A stretch of DNA of 64,000 nucleotides from an uncultured Flavobacteriaceae bacterium (GTDB lineage: Bacteria; Bacteroidota; Bacteroidia; Flavobacteriales; Flavobacteriaceae): assembly GCA_942492425.1 (NCBI GenBank), contig CALOEQ010000016.1:43156-107155 (forward strand). The letters run 5' to 3'. Each line of letters begins with the position of its first letter. Within the stretch, counting starts at the first letter, position 1. A model generated the notes under the pieces. It saw nothing but the letters and a program-made list of their open reading frames with translations, ran no database searches and had not been told where the DNA came from. The translations under genes and the position numbers were made by a program. Below, piece after piece: positions 61,507-64,000 of this stretch.

Positions 61507-61586
61507 AAAAACCCCGGGACGCGGAGCGCCCAGGTCTTTTTTCTCAGCTTGTTCGGACGGGACTCAGCGAAGCTAATTCCCGCATT
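61507..61586. repeat. Right copy of the island-flanking repeat
   Basis: AAAAACCCCGGGACGCGG + 62-bp exact match to 55854-55915. Confidence 0.92.
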
Positions 61587-61606
61587 GACATGTCAAGTTG
61601 ATCAAC

Positions 61607-62044
61607 CTAAACCCCGAAAAGTTTTTCCGCCTTTCCTTTTACCAACCAGGAGGAGAAAATTTTCTTGCTTTTTCCATCTTTCTGCATTGCAAACCGAAAA
61701 CTGACTAACCCAGCAGATTTCCTGAACTGAATTTCGACTTTTTCTTCGGTAAAATCGAGAGGCTGAGCCTCTTCCGGCACACTGTCAAAACCCTTCAAAA
61801 CCAGGTTCTTGAGCTGCTGATAGTTGTTGTATTCATCCGGAAAATAAAAGCTTTTGTATTTTGGAAAACGCCTTTTCTTCGCATCGCGAAAGCGGATTTC
61901 ATACATCCCGTCTTGAAGGGTGCACTCGGCTTCCACCACATTCATCAGCCGAACTTCTCCAATGAATTTTTCCTCTTCCTGAGCCTGGATCAAGAGGGGA
62001 ACGAGCAGTATGAAAAGGGTGAGCCAGCTCCGGGTTGGATTCAT
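61607..62044 (-). CDS. Hypothetical secreted protein
   Basis: Signal peptide (WLTLFILLVPLLIQAQ); start taken at MNPTRSW. Confidence 0.75.
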   Translation of the reverse strand: MNPTRSWLTLFILLVPLLIQAQEEEKFIGEVRLMNVVEAECTLQDGMYEIRFRDAKKRRFPKYKSFYFPDEYNNYQQLKNLVLKGFDSVPEEAQPLDFTEEKVEIQFRKSAGLVSFRFAMQKDGKSKKIFSSWLVKGKAEKLFGV

Positions 62045-62163
62045 TTTCTGTTTCATTTTTGATCTCATGACCGAAAGGTATAAAATTGATCCGTAAACCT
62101 GGCTGTAATCTCCTTCTCAACAAAATGACTAGAAATTAGCGTATTATCCTCATTTTTTGTAAA

Positions 62164-63222
62164 TTGAAGGATATGTTTACTCGACTTACAAACCCAATTC
62201 TCCTGGTCCTATTTTTGCTGACCGGAATATCTTTTGCACAGGGCACTTCAGACATCCTGTTTTCTGAACCTGCTGCCAACTCCTCTGACCCAGCGGATCT
62301 CTTGACCCTTAGACTTGAAATCCCCATTAAGACCCTGAGAAAAGAAACCAACGACAGCACCTTTACGTCGAGCACGATTTATTTTAAAGAACAGAGCACC
62401 TGGGACTCTCTGCCTGTTGAATTGAGAACCCGCGGAGAATTCAGAAGGAAGAAGTGCATATTTCCTCCGGTTAAAATCAAGTTTTCCAAGAAAGACATTG
62501 AAAACACATTGTTTGACAGCAACAGGAAGCTGAAACTGGTGGTTCCCTGTCGACATGAGGAGGCTAAAAACGACAATGTTGTCAAGGAGTATTTGGCCTA
62601 TAAATTGTATGAACCCGTTACTCCATACCATTTTAAGACGCGGCTTGTCAACCTCGAATGGTCCCAAAAAGCTTCCAAGAAGAAATCCGGTCACGAATTG
62701 AAGGCCATTTTGCTGGAGGACCTGGATCACCTGGCTGATAGAGTGGGTGGCGATGCCTACGATCGAAACGTCCATCCTATGCGGCTGGATACTTTGAACG
62801 GGATTCGAAATGCCTTTTTTCAGTACATGATCGGCAATGCAGATTATTCGGTAACGCAGGGTCACAACTACAAGATCATCTACCACAATGAAAAATTTCT
62901 GGTCATCCCCTATGACTTTGACCTGGCGGGTTTGGTCAATGCCGATTACGGGAAGTCATCGGACGTTCAAAACCTGCGTTTCATGGGAGACCAACCCGCC
63001 GACAGAATCTATCGGGACTTTCCTCGTAATCCGGCTCTGGTAGAGCAAGTTCGGCAGGAATACCTGAGCAACAGAGAAGCCATTTTTCTTGCACTTCAAA
63101 ATACCAAAGGCTTCTTTGACAATGAAGATGAATACGCAGAAGCGGAACTTTACCTCACAAAATTCTACCAGGTTCTGGAAGATGACAAGAAATTCAACAG
63201 GGTAATAATCAATAGCAAATGA
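62164..63222 (+). CDS. Secreted hypothetical protein with CotH-like atypical kinase motifs
   Basis: Signal peptide, RGEFRRKKC.FPP.KIKF, KLVVPC, EYLAYKLY, FQYMIGNADY, HNYK, IPYDFDLAG. Confidence 0.65.
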   Translation: MKDMFTRLTNPILLVLFLLTGISFAQGTSDILFSEPAANSSDPADLLTLRLEIPIKTLRKETNDSTFTSSTIYFKEQSTWDSLPVELRTRGEFRRKKCIFPPVKIKFSKKDIENTLFDSNRKLKLVVPCRHEEAKNDNVVKEYLAYKLYEPVTPYHFKTRLVNLEWSQKASKKKSGHELKAILLEDLDHLADRVGGDAYDRNVHPMRLDTLNGIRNAFFQYMIGNADYSVTQGHNYKIIYHNEKFLVIPYDFDLAGLVNADYGKSSDVQNLRFMGDQPADRIYRDFPRNPALVEQVRQEYLSNREAIFLALQNTKGFFDNEDEYAEAELYLTKFYQVLEDDKKFNRVIINSK

Positions 63223-63226
63223 ACCG

Positions 63227-63742
63227 TCAATCGGCAGGTCTGCCACTGTCGATGGAAAACATCTTTTTTTTGGAAATGATTTTTGTAGTTTGACGAATGT
63301 TTCTTTTCAGTTTACTGAGACGATAGTCGACCAGGAAAGCAGCAAATATATATCCGACAAGAAAAAAAATAGCTGAAATGACCACAATAAAAATCATCTC
63401 GGCCCAGGCCTCCTCATAGGGAAACAAGATCCGATCAATACTATCCAATCGCTCCAGGGATTCAAAACGATCCAGGTTTTTCATTACATTGAACGGAAAG
63501 CTGAAATACTCCACTATCCCATATTCGATGCTTTCGAAACTCTGGATCAGATATGCAACACTGGATGTTAGATAGGCAATGATCGAAAACCCGAAACCTA
63601 CCATGCGGGAATATGTAGATCTGTAGCGGAGCCATTCAATATCGGTCACATCTCGCGGGCCAAGCTGACTCCGGCCGGCAAACCACTTCTTGACGCTGAA
63701 TTTCGATCGGTATTTTTTGACATAATCAATCGAATAACTCAC
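63227..63742 (-). CDS. Hypothetical membrane protein (2 TM)
   Basis: GTG start; two hydrophobic segments; 171 aa open frame. Confidence 0.65.
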   Translation of the reverse strand: MSYSIDYVKKYRSKFSVKKWFAGRSQLGPRDVTDIEWLRYRSTYSRMVGFGFSIIAYLTSSVAYLIQSFESIEYGIVEYFSFPFNVMKNLDRFESLERLDSIDRILFPYEEAWAEMIFIVVISAIFFLVGYIFAAFLVDYRLSKLKRNIRQTTKIISKKKMFSIDSGRPAD

Positions 63743-63903
63743 CCAGCAAAAAGAAGAAATAAGGGTGTGACCATAATCACCAAAAGGCCTATGACAAGAA
63801 GAAAAATTATCACAAAATCAACCAGGGAATCAAACTCCAGGTTGAGACCTCTCAAGAAGTCGAGTTTTGCGAAGCCTAATATCAAAAGAGCATCTGTCCC
63901 CAC
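63739..63903 (-). CDS. Possible small membrane protein (54 aa)
   Basis: GTG-started frame ending ...FVIIFLLVIGLLVIMVTPLFLLFAG whose TGA overlaps the GTG of the next gene (GTGA), suggesting translational coupling; start uncertain. Confidence 0.35.
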   Translation of the reverse strand: MGTDALLILGFAKLDFLRGLNLEFDSLVDFVIIFLLVIGLLVIMVTPLFLLFAG

Positions 63904-64000
63904 GGAATCTTCGATTATAACTCCACTTAAACTAGCAGATCAAATAATTGGAAACAAATGATTTAGGACGAACTGTCCTTAATTCTTATCGGAGACACCC

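Larger units (their letters stand above)
55854..61586. mobile_element. Putative horizontally acquired cassette/genomic islet at tRNA-Leu (no integrase inside)
   Basis: 62-bp perfect direct repeats at both ends, adjacent to tRNA, visibly more AT-rich, anaerobic-type cargo. Confidence 0.7.

Overview
Mostly core chromosome of a Bacteroidota organism, most likely Flavobacteriaceae. This rests on TAnnTTTG promoters, SD-less A-rich starts, a T9SS cargo protein, fused SecDF and a split cytochrome oxidase subunit III. In order, the window holds two sensor kinases, a complete trpEGDCFBA operon with a Trp-Trp-Trp leader-peptide attenuator, a frame-disrupted VGIGT-type surface protein next to a T9SS cargo, ald, leuS, an amidohydrolase, two DUF2911 paralogs, an OmpR-type two-component system, a sulfatase with a PAS-LuxR regulator, gyrB, mdh, an M61 peptidase, fhs, secDF, hpt-adk-obgE, mnmD, ilvE, a U32 protein, asd, trxA, a PiT transporter, a YyaL-like protein, tsaB, TolC, a heme-copper oxidase subunit III/IV plus assembly cluster, tRNA-Gly(GCC) and tRNA-Leu(TAA). 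Two parts are not explained by ordinary annotation. (1) A roughly 5.6 kb AT-rich cassette behind tRNA-Leu is flanked by a perfect 62-bp direct repeat that is itself an inverted, hairpin-decorated copy of the tRNA-Leu 3' end and terminator. It carries a glycyl radical enzyme with a non-canonical Cys loop (GACVGS), a phosphofructokinase-fold protein with most catalytic motifs altered, a radical-SAM activase and a remnant of a second GRE paralog. (2) Two tandem, paralogous ~200-nt units without a shared ORF lie behind the two-component system, each arranged as regulator box, promoter, shared motifs, terminator. They look like a pair of TCS-controlled sRNAs. All functional calls come from motif reading only; no database searches were run.
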